Assembly: GCA_963801445.1 (NCBI GenBank)
Contig: CAWDEW010000010.1
Coordinates: forward strand, 21,338 to 85,337
Reading direction: 5' to 3'
DNA: 64,000 nucleotides
Source: an uncultured Chloroflexia bacterium
Lineage (GTDB): Bacteria; Chloroflexota; Limnocylindria; Limnocylindrales; CSP1-4
A program made the position numbers and the translations under genes. Under the pieces are notes generated by a model. It worked only from the letters and a program-made list of their open reading frames with translations. It did not search any database and was not told where the DNA came from. Shown here piece after piece: positions 48,343-59,416 of the stretch; the stretch's first letter is position 1, and each line of letters begins with the position of its first letter.

Positions 48343-48467
48343 GGACGGGCCGGCCCGATCGTGGACTGGCACAGCGGCGCGCTCATGAGCACGGACTGTA
48401 TCAGCGCAGGGGCGCCACCCGACCGCGCTCGGGGGGCGCGTCGCCGGTCGCGCCGCGCGGCCAGGAC

Positions 48468-49709
48468 CTATCCCCGCGCGGCGAGTCCGCCGCCGGAGCC
48501 GATCGCCGTCGCCACCTGTCGCGCCGTGCCCCGCACCGCCACCGCCCCCTCGTCGTAGAGGGTCTCGATCGCGCGGACCATCAGCTCCAGGCAGAAGCGC
48601 TCGTGGACCAGGTCGTGGCCGGCCCGGGCCAGCATGTCGGCCAGCGGGTGATCCACGAGGAGCCGGGTGATCGCCGCGGCGAGCGCGTCCGGGTCGTGGG
48701 GCGGGACCAGCAGCCCGGTCCGCCCGTCCTCGACCATCTCGGGGATGCCGCCCACGTTGGAGGCCACGACCGGCCGCGAGAGCGCCATCGCCTCGAGGAT
48801 CGTGAGGCCCTGCGCCTCGCGGTAGGAAGGCAGGACCGCCACGTCGAGGGCGGCCGTGACGCTCGGGACGTCGTCGCGCCGGCCCGTGAAGATGACCCGG
48901 CCGGTGATCCCGAGGTCGCGGGCCTGCTCCTCGAGCGCCTCGCGCCGGCTGCCCTCGCCGACGACCAGCAGGTAGGCGTTGGGCACCGCACGCAGGACCG
49001 CCGGCCAGGCGTCCAGCAGCGTCGGGTGGCCCTTCTCGTGCTCGAGGCGACCCACGGCGCCCACGATCTGGGAGCCCTCCTCCAGGCCGTATTCCTCGGG
49101 CAGCGTGCAGCACGCCTCGGTCCGGTCGTAGCGGTTCAGGTCCACCCCGTTGTAGATGAGCGAGACGGGCGTCGCGCTGGGGCGCTCCTCGGCGATCTTG
49201 TGGACGATCGCCCGGCTCACCGCGACGAGGTGGTTCATCCGGGTCGTGAGGTGGCGGAGCACCTCGCGATCGTCGACCGACCGGATCCGGCTCGAGTGGA
49301 CGGTCCCGATGACCCATGGCCGGGGGTGGCCGGCCTCGCCGAGGGCGATCGCGGCCCGCGTCCCCACCAGCTCCGCCCGGTACATGTGGTTGTGGACGAC
49401 CTCGGCGCCCACGTCGGCGAGGTGGGCGGCCAGGGCGCCGACGGCGATCGCATCGTCGGGCTCGTCGAAGACGGTGACCGGGATCCCCAGCCGCCGGATC
49501 GCCCGCTCGGCGCTGCCCGGGGAGAGCGACACGACGCTCGGCTCGTACCGGCTGCGGTCCATGCGCGAGAGCAGGGAGAAGACGTGCTCCTGGGCGCCCC
49601 CGTTCGTGCCCGTGGCCATGACCTCCACCACGCGCAGCGGACGGCCGCCCGGGACCGGCGGTCGGTCGGGCAGGGAGGAACAGGGGTCGCCGGGGAGCGG
49701 GGCGCTCAT
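48468..49709 (-). CDS. Glycosyltransferase family 4
   Basis: GGAQEH, VGRLEHEKG, LPSYREAQGLTILEAM, GGIPE. Confidence 0.92.
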   Translation of the reverse strand: MSAPLPGDPCSSLPDRPPVPGGRPLRVVEVMATGTNGGAQEHVFSLLSRMDRSRYEPSVVSLSPGSAERAIRRLGIPVTVFDEPDDAIAVGALAAHLADVGAEVVHNHMYRAELVGTRAAIALGEAGHPRPWVIGTVHSSRIRSVDDREVLRHLTTRMNHLVAVSRAIVHKIAEERPSATPVSLIYNGVDLNRYDRTEACCTLPEEYGLEEGSQIVGAVGRLEHEKGHPTLLDAWPAVLRAVPNAYLLVVGEGSRREALEEQARDLGITGRVIFTGRRDDVPSVTAALDVAVLPSYREAQGLTILEAMALSRPVVASNVGGIPEMVEDGRTGLLVPPHDPDALAAAITRLLVDHPLADMLARAGHDLVHERFCLELMVRAIETLYDEGAVAVRGTARQVATAIGSGGGLAARG

Positions 49710-49710
49710 C

Positions 49711-50928
49711 TCAGCCGATGGTTCGCACGACGAGCAGGCGCTGGATGGGCTCATCGGCCGCGCCCCACTCGTACTTGTAGGGCTCGTCGCCGCGGAGGTA
49801 GTCGAAGCGCCGGCAGCCGTCGGCGATGGCGGCCTCGATCGCCTTGGCCGAGAGCAGGACCCCGGGCGACAGCTCGCGCGCGTCGGAGTCCACGCCGGCG
49901 TTGAAGAAGTAGACGGCGTTCGCATCCTCGAACCAGACGCCGGCCGCGATCCGGCGACCGGCGACCGTGAGGAAGCGCATCTGGATCGTCCCGTCGGGCC
50001 CGGCCAGCTCGAACAGGCGGCGGAAGAAGAGGCGGCTCTGCGCGCCGCCCGGCGTCGCGGGGAAGAGCCCGTCCGCCCCCCAGCGCTTCTGGTGGAGATC
50101 CACGAACGCGTCCAGGTCGGCGACCGGGTCGGGCGACCGGAGCAGCTCCACGGCGCCGGCGGCCTCGGCGCGGCGCAGCTTCCGGCGCACCTCGTGGCGC
50201 TCCTTCTTGCCCAGGGAGCCCAGGTACCCCTCGAAGTCCGCGTCCCGGTCGATCGTGACGACCGGGCAGACGTCCTCGCGCTCGCGCGTGGTGGTCCAGC
50301 CGTGGCCGGCGCGCGCCCCGAAGGCAGCGGCCAGGGCATCGGCGGCCGGATCGCCACAGCGGAAGCGGCGGAGGTCGATGACGTCCCAGGGCGTCGGATC
50401 GGCGTCGCCGTGCGCGGCCGGGTCGGCCAGGGCCGCGGCCAGGGCCTCGGCGGCCGCGCCGAGGTCAGCGGGGGCGGCGAGGAGCGTCGCATAGTCCGCG
50501 TGGTAGGTCGCGCCCATGAAGACGGCCTTCGCGCTCGCGGCCACGGCCGTCGGGTGGGCCTCGGGATCGGCGCGGAGGCGCGTGTGCAGGATCGCGTCGT
50601 CCGGCTCCACCTCGTGGCGGTGCATGAGGGGCAGGATCGCGACCGGCTCGGCCTCATCCGGGCCGGCGGCGGGGACCACCACGAACGTCTGCTCGTGGGC
50701 GTTGGCGCCGTAGGCGTCCCACCAGGCCCGCTGGAAGGCCCAGCCGGAGAACGGCGTGGCCCACGGGTTGGCCGCCGCGAGGCGGTCCCAGGTGGCGCGG
50801 TCGATGGCGTCGAACGGGCGACGGACGGCGCGCAGGCGCCCGGCGCCGGGACCGGGTGCGGCGCCCGGCTGTTCGCCGGACGCGGGCGGACAGGGCGGGT
50901 CGAGGTCCGGGGATGTGGCGACGGTCAC
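49711..50928 (-). CDS. GNAT-family protein (CelD/BcsL, FemAB-like)
   Basis: PF..W.FQ.AWW, DY..LL, SPGVLL..K.IE.A...G..RFDYLRGDEPYKYEWG. Confidence 0.85.
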   Translation of the reverse strand: MTVATSPDLDPPCPPASGEQPGAAPGPGAGRLRAVRRPFDAIDRATWDRLAAANPWATPFSGWAFQRAWWDAYGANAHEQTFVVVPAAGPDEAEPVAILPLMHRHEVEPDDAILHTRLRADPEAHPTAVAASAKAVFMGATYHADYATLLAAPADLGAAAEALAAALADPAAHGDADPTPWDVIDLRRFRCGDPAADALAAAFGARAGHGWTTTREREDVCPVVTIDRDADFEGYLGSLGKKERHEVRRKLRRAEAAGAVELLRSPDPVADLDAFVDLHQKRWGADGLFPATPGGAQSRLFFRRLFELAGPDGTIQMRFLTVAGRRIAAGVWFEDANAVYFFNAGVDSDARELSPGVLLSAKAIEAAIADGCRRFDYLRGDEPYKYEWGAADEPIQRLLVVRTIG

Positions 50929-50959
50929 GCCGGCGAGAATAGCACCGGTGGTTGCGGAG

Positions 50960-51980
50960 TCACGGAATGGCCGGCCGCCCCTTCGAGTCGACCATGCCGT
51001 CGGACGAGCGATCTGGCGCCAGGAGCACGAGGACGAGCGCGAGCGCGCCCGCGACATAGAGCGACCAGAGGGCCACGATCCCCAGCGCGGCGACGATGAG
51101 CGCGCGTCGCGGCTCGCGCCGGGCAAACGCAGGCAGAAGGGCGAGTGGCAGGATCGTCGAGTAGAGGCCCACGTAGGTTCCGGCGAACGTCCCGGCGATC
51201 GCAGCGGCCAGCTGACCCGAACGACGACGAACCACCACGACCGCGAGGAGCGCGGTCGCCGCCCAGGCGATTGCCCCGCCAAGCGGCCAGAGGTAGGAGA
51301 GTCCGGAGTTGCCGACGAAGCGTCGGTGAGACACCCGCGACGACCACCTGCGCGAACCGTTCGTACGTCGCGGGCCCCGTCGCCACGATCCCGACGATGG
51401 TCACGATGGTCAGGCCGAGGAAGACGCCGGCGAAGGAGCGGGGTCGGTTGACCAGGATCCAGACGAGCAGGAGAAGGAACATCGGCTTGGGCACCGCACC
51501 AAGCGCGAGGCCGAACGGGACACCCAGGGCAACTCGGTCCGCCCTCATTGCCAGGACCGCCAGGCCGACAAGCGCGACTGTCACGTTCCCGAGGGTCACG
51601 TCGCTCAAGACGCCGGGCCACGTGACGGCGACCAGGAGGGCAAGGGGCAACCGCGGGGCCAGCAGCGCGGCAACGGCCAGCTCGACGGCTGCCCACACGA
51701 TCCAGGCGTCGCGTGAGAGCAGGGATCCGAGGAGAACCATCGGCGGCGCATACAGGAACCCGCCGACCGCGTAGGGGTCCGTTCCGGCTCGCCACGCTGC
51801 GCCCGCATCGACGACGCGCCCGAAGTCCAGGCCGACCCACTCCCACGGCCGCCACGTCGCGAACAGGGCGAGGCCTCCGACGATCGAGATCACCGCCAGG
51901 ACTCGCCAGGGCAGGTCCAGGGCGCCGCGCGCGCGGGGTCCCGTCGACGGCTGCGGCAGCTCGGCCGGGTCAAGGCTCAT
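50960..51980 (-). CDS. GT87/DUF2029-like membrane glycosyltransferase; frameshift near 51330
   Basis: DF.....A..AWRAG.DPY....FLYAPP, LGNVT, KP. Confidence 0.7.
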
Positions 51981-52126
51981 GCTGTCGTCCAGCCAGGCGT
52001 GGAGGCCCCGTCGCCGGGCCACGGGCCGACGGCCACGTCCAGGCATGCGTTCGACCACACAGGGGATCCGCTTCTCGAGCTCGGGTGTCACCGGACGGCG
52101 ACAGTGCTGGAGCGTAGCATTGGCCG

Positions 52127-52622
52127 ATGCGGCCAAGTGCGTCCGGGACACCCAGCAGCGAGGGGCAGCTCGAGGGGCCGCAGGATCATCTCGCGTCGGG
52201 ATGGCCCGTCAGGCTCTACGTCCGCCACCGGGAGCAGGTGCTCTACCTCGTGGTCGGTGGCTGGAACACGGTCTTCGGGTACGGTGCCTGGGCGCTCATG
52301 CAGTTCGTCCTCGGCGACCACCTTCACTACCTCGCCATCGTGGTCCTGTCCTGGCCGATCGCCGTGCTGAACGCCTACCTTGGCTATCGCTACATCGTGT
52401 TCCGGAGCCGGGGTTCGGTGCTCAGGGAGCTTCCCCGCTTCTCGCTCGTCTACCTCGCGACGCCTCGTGGCGAACCTCGCGCTGCTGCCGGTCGCCCTGC
52501 GGCGTGCTGCCGTTCAACATCTACGTCGTCCAGGCGCTCTTCACCGGCGTCGTGGTCGTCTGCAGCTACCTGGGCCACAAGTACTTCAGCTTCGGCGGCG
52601 GGCACCGCGGCGACTCCGCTGA
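52127..52622 (+). CDS. GtrA family lipid-linked sugar translocase; frameshifted near 52470-52500, end uncertain
   Basis: YLVVGGWNTVFGY, NAYLGYRYIVFRS, RFSLVY, SYLGHKYFSF. Confidence 0.75.
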
Positions 52623-52694
52623 CCCGCCCTTCCACGATCCCAGCTGCCGTATCGAGAGGATTGACCGGTGCCCCGACCGGCGAAGGGAACCGCA

Positions 52695-53637
52695 ATGCCC
52701 CTGCTGACCGTCCTGACGCCGTGCTTCAACGAAGAAGGGCAACGTCCGCGAGGTCTACGAGCAGGTCAAGGCGGCGATGCAGACCCTGCCGGGCTACGAC
52801 TACGAGCACCTGTTCATCGACAACGCCTCGACGGACCGGACGGTCGACGATCCTGCGCGAGCTCGCGGCCGCGGACAAGCGCGTCAAGGTCATCGTGAAC
52901 ACGCGCAACTTCGGCCACGATCCGCTCTCCGTACCACGCGTTCCTGCAGGCGCGCGGGGATGCGGTCATGAGCTGTGTCGCCGACCTGCAGGACCCCCCG
53001 GAGCTGATCCCCCAGTTCGTCAGGAAGTGGGAGGAGGGCTACAAGGTCGTCATCGGCGTGAAGGCGGGCAGCCAGAGACTCCTGGCTCATGTCGCGCACG
53101 CGGAAGTTCTACTACTGGCTCGTCGCGAAGCTCTCGTCGGACGTGGAGCTCGTCCACAACTTCACGGGGTTCGGCCTCTACGACCGCGAGGTCGTCGAGC
53201 AGTTCCGCAGCACGGACGAGCAGTACCCGTACTTCCGGGGTCTCGTCAGCGACTTCGGCTATGAGCGCGGCCGAGATCGCACTACGTGCAGCCCGCCCGA
53301 ACGCGCGGCAAGACCAAGAACAACTTCTTCAGCCTCTACGACATGGCGATGCTGGGCATCACGAACCACTCCAAGGTGCCCCTGCGCATCGCCGACGATG
53401 GCTGGCTTCGCCATCTCCATTCTCAGCCTGCTGGTGGCTCTCGGGTACCTGGTCGCCAAGCTCATGTTCTGGAATGAGCTGCAGCTCGGCACCGCGCCGC
53501 TCCTGATCGGCATCTACTTCTTCGGCGCCGTGCAGCTCTTCTTCATCGGGGTGCTCGGCGAGTACATCGGCTCGATCCACACCCAGGTCCACAAGCGACC
53601 GCTGGTGGTCGAGAAGGAGCGGATCAACTTCGACTGA
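52695..53637 (+). CDS. GtrB-like polyprenyl-phosphate glycosyltransferase (GT2); multiple frameshifts
   Basis: [51 protein letters not shown] pieces in different frames. Confidence 0.85.
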
Positions 53638-53677
53638 CCGCGGACCTCGGCGACGGCGGAGCATGGGCCGTGACCGC

Positions 53678-54887
53678 CTATGCGCTCGCGCGCCTCTCGG
53701 GCGGCATCGCGTAGAGCACGGTGTCGAAACCCTCGCCCGCATGTGGGCGCAGGAACAGGCGGTAGTCCGCCACCATGTCGTGAACGAGGCGCGGCAACTC
53801 CCAGAGATCCGCCTGCTTGTGGTACGCGGCCACGGCAAGCAGGGGTCGCCCTTCGCGGATCACTCTCCTCGATCCCGCCAGCGCGGCCGAATTCGGCGCC
53901 TTCGATGTCCATCTTCACGAAGGTCGGGGTGAACCTCGGCCAGCACGTCGTCGATCGCGACGCAGCTGACCTCGTACGCTCCCGGCGACGGAAAGCTTGG
54001 CCGACCCGCAGGCCCGTGGCGTTGAACCGCGCGGTGCCGCGGCGATCCGAAGTGGCAGCCCGATGGAGATGGACCCGTTCGCCGAGTGGCGCCGGGAGGG
54101 ACGCCACGGCAGCCTGCAGTGCCTCGTACGACGCCGGGTCCGGCTCGAAGGCGTGGTAGGCCCGCCACGAGGCGACCCGCCTGGCCACGTCGAGCAACGT
54201 GTCGCCGGTGAAGGCGCCGCAGTCGACGAAGACCTCATCCGGCCCGACCCGCACCAGGCCGTCCGCGAAGTACTGGTTCGGCTCTGCCGGCGACAACGCC
54301 GCAAAGTCGCCGGACAGGCGCCAGCGGACCTGGCCCACGTACTCGCGGAGCGAGCGCTCGTCCGACCACAGCTCCGTCGCGGCCAGCACGTCGTCCCTCG
54401 CGTCGAGCACCCTCGTCGGCAGGTCGATCGTGATGTAGGGCAGGGCATCGGTGCCATAGCCCCAGAACAGCGGGATGAAGGATTCGACGCGCCGCCAGCC
54501 GCGCGTCCTCAGGTCGTCGCGCGTGACCAGGAAGTCATGTCCGCCTTCGGCCCGCCAGATCGTGACGACGGCCAGCCCGTCGACCGCGAATCGGGCGGAT
54601 GCGTCCGCCGGCGAGAGCACTTCTGCGCCATCGACCGTGCTGCCCCAGAGGTTGCGGTCGTTGTCGATGAACGCGGCAGCGTCCCGCCCGTGAGCGCGCA
54701 GAAGGGCGAGCGTGCGGCGACCGAGATTCCCCGCGCCGAAGAGGACGATCGGCATGTCCGGGTGCGCAGCCAGCTCGGCGAGCAGCCGTCCCTCGCGCTC
54801 CCGCGCGTTCGAAGGCGCCTCGTCCAGCATCGCGCGGAGCTCCTCGACGAGCGCCTCCCGCCCGGCTCCCTGCCCGGCGGCCGTCAA
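53678..54887 (-). CDS. FkbM family methyltransferase; frameshifts near 53990 and 53870
   Basis: FVDCGAFTGDT, FEPDP, FVKMDIEGAE, VAAYHKQADLWELP. Confidence 0.85.
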
Positions 54888-55970
54888 AGCCCGCGCTCCA
54901 GGATCACGCGCTTCAGGTCGTCATTGTTGGCGTACGGGCTGTCGATGTCGTCGATGCGGATGGGCTGGTGCGCCGGCACGTCGCGCATGACGCACCTCGC
55001 CGCGCATCAGCTCGCGGCAGGAGATCTGGCCCTTCTGCAGCGGGATGGCCAGGTAGACGTCGTCGTCCCGCAGCGCGTGGCCGGCGGGAAGGTCGCGCGC
55101 CGCGTAGACGCCCCGCACGAGGGCGTCCAGGTACTCGATCTCGCCGGCGGGAGCGCACCTTCCATGCCTCGCCTGGCGCCCCGCACATCTCCTTGGCCTG
55201 TCTTCCACGCCTTGAACCAGGTGTCCACCTGCTCCGGCAGCGAGCAGTAGGGCGACACCGCGATGCCGCCGTCCTCGATGTCGACGTGGCGCTCGAACGT
55301 CCGGGCGCCCTTGGCGTAGGCGATCGTGATCGAGGAGGTCCAGTCCTGGTACTCGTGGGTCGAGAAGCCGATGGTGTGGTTCGGGTAGCGGCGCGATCAG
55401 GAAGTCGATCTGGTTGAGCTGCAGGTCGCTCGTTCTCGCTGGGATAGAGCGAGACGCAGTGATTGATGGCCAGCGGGATGTTGCGGTTCTCGAAGAAGGT
55501 GACGAGGTCGTCGATGTCCTTGAGCGAGCTGCCCCCGGTGGAGACGATGACCGGCTTGCGGGTCGTCGCGATCTTCTCGATCAGCATCCAGTCGTTCAGG
55601 TCGGAGCTCGCGATCTTGATGATCTGGACGCCCAGCTCCTGGCACAGGTCGACCGAGGCCTCGTCGAACGGCGTCGCCATCGTCATGCAGCCGGCCTTGC
55701 GGATGGCCTCGACCAGGGTCGCCGTAGTCCTCGGCGCTCATCTGCGTGTCCAGGGTCTTCTTGATGTAGCGGATGTCCGTCCGGCTCCCGGAAGTCCCGG
55801 TGGATGAACCGGTCCACGTCCCGGAACTGGAGCTTCATCGCCGCGCGGACGTTGTTGAAACGCACGATGCGCGAGTACGTGGTGATGATCTTGAGGCCGC
55901 GCTCGACGCTGCCCCAGTGGTTGTTGGCAACCTCGAGGACGAAGAGGTCTTCGAAGATGTCACGGTTCAC
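54884..55970 (-). CDS. N-acetylneuraminate synthase (NeuB/SpsE) family protein with SAF domain; multiple frameshifts
   Basis: EVANNHWG, KLQFRD, TPFDEAS, IKIASSD, HCVSLYP, GFSTHE, FERH, RGVYAARDL; GGAGG RBS. Confidence 0.88.
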
Positions 55971-56656
55971 GAATTCCTCCCGGGGCCGTCGCCAGATACG
56001 AACGCAGACACGTCCGCCAGGCAGTCGGCCTCCTCGCATCTCTCGTCGAGAGGCGCACGGGTCAGGGGACCGGCGCCAGATGTCACTGCGATGAACGCCA
56101 TGTTCCACGATGCCGCCATGGCTGCATCGTGGTTCGAGTCCCCGACGACCACCGTCCGGTTCGGGTCCAGACCGGCGCGCTCGAGGCAGCGCCCCGCCAG
56201 CACCGCCTTGAGGAGCGGCTCTCCTGCGTCCGGCTGCCCCACGATCGCCTCGAAATACCGGGCGAGCTGGAGATGCTCGAGAAGCCGGCTCGCCGCGCCG
56301 GTCCGCTTGTTGGTGACCACGAAGAGCCGCACCCCAGCGGCGAGCAGGTCACGCAGGCACTCCTCCGCTCCCGGGTACACGTCGGCCATCTCCCAGCTGG
56401 CGGAATCGTAGTGTCTTCGGAAGGCAGCGGACAACTGCCGTCGAAGGGCCGGCGGAGCCGCCGGGTCCACGCTGCCGATCATCTCCTCGAGCGGCAAGCT
56501 GAGATCGGCCCGCTCCGTCCCGGAGTCGCTCCCGGTCACTTCCGCGAAGGCCGCCGCAACGGCTGCCCGCATGCCCGGCCGCGTGTCGACAAGCGTTCCG
56601 TCGAGGTCGAAGAGCGCCGCCCTCCAGCGCCGCGGCTCATACCGCTCCCGTTTCAC
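55967..56656 (-). CDS. HAD-superfamily hydrolase (phosphatase)
   Basis: FDLDGTLVDT, VTNK, VGDSNHD; GTGA overlap. Confidence 0.9.
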   Translation of the reverse strand: MKRERYEPRRWRAALFDLDGTLVDTRPGMRAAVAAAFAEVTGSDSGTERADLSLPLEEMIGSVDPAAPPALRRQLSAAFRRHYDSASWEMADVYPGAEECLRDLLAAGVRLFVVTNKRTGAASRLLEHLQLARYFEAIVGQPDAGEPLLKAVLAGRCLERAGLDPNRTVVVGDSNHDAAMAASWNMAFIAVTSGAGPLTRAPLDERCEEADCLADVSAFVSGDGPGRNS

Positions 56657-58489
56657 GTGGCCCTCGCCCACTCCACCGGTCCACCCTCTCGGGAGGGCAT
56701 GTTGCGAGCGAGCTCGTCACGATCGAGGAACGGATACATGTCTTCCAGGGCGGGAGAGACGATCGTTCCGTCGGGCATCGCGCGCGACCTGACACGCGGC
56801 TCGAAGCCCTGATCCGGATCGAGGATGACCTGGCACAGGACCGGACCGTCGGCCTCCAGCACGTCGACGATGGTCTGGTCAAGAAGCTCCGGCTCGATGA
56901 GGCGCATCGCAGGGATGCCATAGCCGGCCGCAACTGCGGAATAGTCAGGGAACGACACACCGTCGGCAGGTCCCGACCCGATCGTCGCGCCGAAGAAGTT
57001 CTGCTGCGTGCTGCGGATGGAGAGGTACCCCTGGTTGTCCATGACGAACAGCTTCACGGGGAGCTGGTGATGGCGGACGGTCTGCAACTCCTGGATGTTC
57101 AGCTGCAGGCTGCCGTCGCCCGCCAGGCAGACGACGCGGCCGCCCCGCCGAGCCACGGCGGCGCCCACGGCCGCCGGCAGATCGTAGCCCATGCTTGCTG
57201 AGCCAGAGTTCGAGAACATCCGCTGGCCGCGCTGCAGGCGCGCCGCCTGGAACGGCACGATGGTGGCCGACGCGTTGCCGCAGGCCACCACGTCGTCCGC
57301 GGCCAGGTGCTCAAAGAGCCTCTCGACGAAGTGGTACGGATTGATCGGCGCTCGGCTCGAGCGCTGCTCGGGACGGACTGGAGGGTAGAGCCCGACCAGC
57401 CCTCGACACCAGGCGAGCCAATCGGCGTGCTGCTCGCGCCGGTAGCCGGTGCTCTGCAACGCTTCGGCGAGCTCGGTCAGGAAGCGGCCGGCATCGGCCT
57501 TGATCGGCATGTCGATGCGCACGAAGGGCCGCTTGAACTCTGCCTCGTCGACGTCGACCACGATCTTGTGGGCCCCCGGAGCGAACGCCTGCCAGTTGTA
57601 GCCGACCTGCCGGACGGTGAGCCTCGCGCCGACCACGACCAGCAGGTCGGCGTTCTGAACCGTCAGGTTTCCGGCTCGGGTGCCGATCGTCCCCTGGCGG
57701 CCGCAGAAGTGCGGATCGTCAGTGGCGATGAGATCGTGCGTCCAGGCTGTGGTCACCGGGATGCCGAGTCGCTCCACGACGGCCTCGAACGCGTCGAGGG
57801 CGCCGGCCAGCCGCACGCCCGTGCCGGCCAGGAGCACGGGCCGGCTGGCCCCGGCCAGCCGATCGACGACCTCGCGCACGCCCCGCTCCAGCGTGTCGCC
57901 CGCGGCCGCGATCGTGGAGACCGGCGGGGTGAATCCGGAAAGCCGCTCCGGGTCGATCGAGGCCGACTGCACGTCGATCGGCACGTCGAGCCACACGGGT
58001 CCGGGACTGCCGTTTCGCGCCTCGTACCAGGCGCGCTCCAGGCAGTACCGGGCCTTCCCGGGTTCGTCGATGGTGGCGGCGTACTTGGTAATGCCCGCGA
58101 ACGAGGCTGATGATGTCGGCTTCCTGGTCGCCGAGCTGTCGCATGCCCAGATCCGGGTATGAGGGGGCGCACATCTCGCGCTTGACCTGGCCAGAAACGA
58201 CGACCATCGGGATCGAGTCGGTCCAGGCGCCGAAGACGCCGTTCAGGGCGTTGATGCCACCCGGGCCGGTGGTGACGCACACCACGCCGGGCAGGCCGGA
58301 CACACGTGCATGTGCCTCGGCGGCCATGGCCGCGGCCTGCTCGTGATGGCAGCACAGGGGCCGCATGCGGTCCTGCCTGCGGAGCGCGTCGTCGAGGAAC
58401 ATCGCGCCGCCCCCGGTCACGAGGAAGACGTCCTCGATGCCGTGATCGGCCAGGAACCTGAAGACGTAGTCGGCTACCGTCGTGGCCAT
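56653..58489 (-). CDS. Thiamine pyrophosphate-dependent enzyme (AHAS/YerE-like); frameshifted near 58040-58090
   Basis: HHEQAAAMAAE, TTGPGG.NA, SGQVKR, SMGYDLPAA.G, GDGSLQLNIQEL, DNQGYLSI. Confidence 0.9.
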
Positions 58490-58516
58490 CGCCACCCTCC
58501 TCGCACCGTCAGGATC

Positions 58517-59410
58517 CTACTTGTCGACGAGCAGCGCGGAGCGGTCGACAACCGAGATGTTGGCCGCGTACCAGTCGTAGAGAGCATCGATCGCGGCGTC
58601 CACGGGCGTGAAGCGCACATCGGGGAGCTCGCGCCGGAGCCGTTGGTTGCTGGCGGAGTAGGCCAGGCCGCTTCCGGGTGCATCGACGACGATCGGCAGG
58701 TCCTTCCCCGAGCGACGCCGCACTCGCTCGGCCAGCTCGTACAGGTCGTCCGTCCAGTCGGGGACGACGTTGTAGGCCGCCTCGGCATGGAACCCGGTGA
58801 GGAACCGCTCGACGATCGGCCCCAGATCGCTCACGTAGAGGTAGCTGAAGGTCCGGTCCTGGCGAAGCGTGATCGGAAGGTCGTAGAGGGTCTTGCAGAT
58901 CGCGTTGGACACGAAGCGGATGGCGTAGTCCTCGTACTTGCCGAACACGCCGAACAGGCGGAGCTCGACCACGTCGGCTGCGCCGCCGCGGTGGGCCCGG
59001 TCCAGGTATTGGGCGATGGCGTACTTTGACAGGCCGTGTTCGTCCGCCGGCAGCGACTCGCCCAGCTGCTCCTCGGCGACGCGATGGAGCGGGCGTGCGA
59101 TGTCGTACACGGCACCCGAGCTCAGGAAGACCAGCCTGCCGAAGCGATGCGAATTGCGCATCAGCCCGAAGAACATCCGCAGGTTGGACCAGAGCTGGCG
59201 TGACGGATCGGGTGCGTTCCGGTGCCCCGGCCGAACGGCTCCGTGGACGACTGCGTCGACCTCGTGGCCGGCGAACCACCGATCCAGGGCGTCCGGGTCG
59301 GCCAGGTCGAGCTCGGCGCGCGACGGCGCGAGCACGTCGTGGGAGAGCGACAGGTGCTCGGCGAGGTTGCGGCCGATGAAGCCGCTGCCGCCGGTCAGCA
59401 GGATCCTCAT
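58517..59410 (-). CDS. NAD-dependent epimerase/dehydratase (extended SDR)
   Basis: TGGSGFIG, SSGAVY, (Y>H)GLSK, RLFGVFG. Confidence 0.88.
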   Translation of the reverse strand: MRILLTGGSGFIGRNLAEHLSLSHDVLAPSRAELDLADPDALDRWFAGHEVDAVVHGAVRPGHRNAPDPSRQLWSNLRMFFGLMRNSHRFGRLVFLSSGAVYDIARPLHRVAEEQLGESLPADEHGLSKYAIAQYLDRAHRGGAADVVELRLFGVFGKYEDYAIRFVSNAICKTLYDLPITLRQDRTFSYLYVSDLGPIVERFLTGFHAEAAYNVVPDWTDDLYELAERVRRRSGKDLPIVVDAPGSGLAYSASNQRLRRELPDVRFTPVDAAIDALYDWYAANISVVDRSALLVDK

Positions 59411-59416
59411 CGCGAC

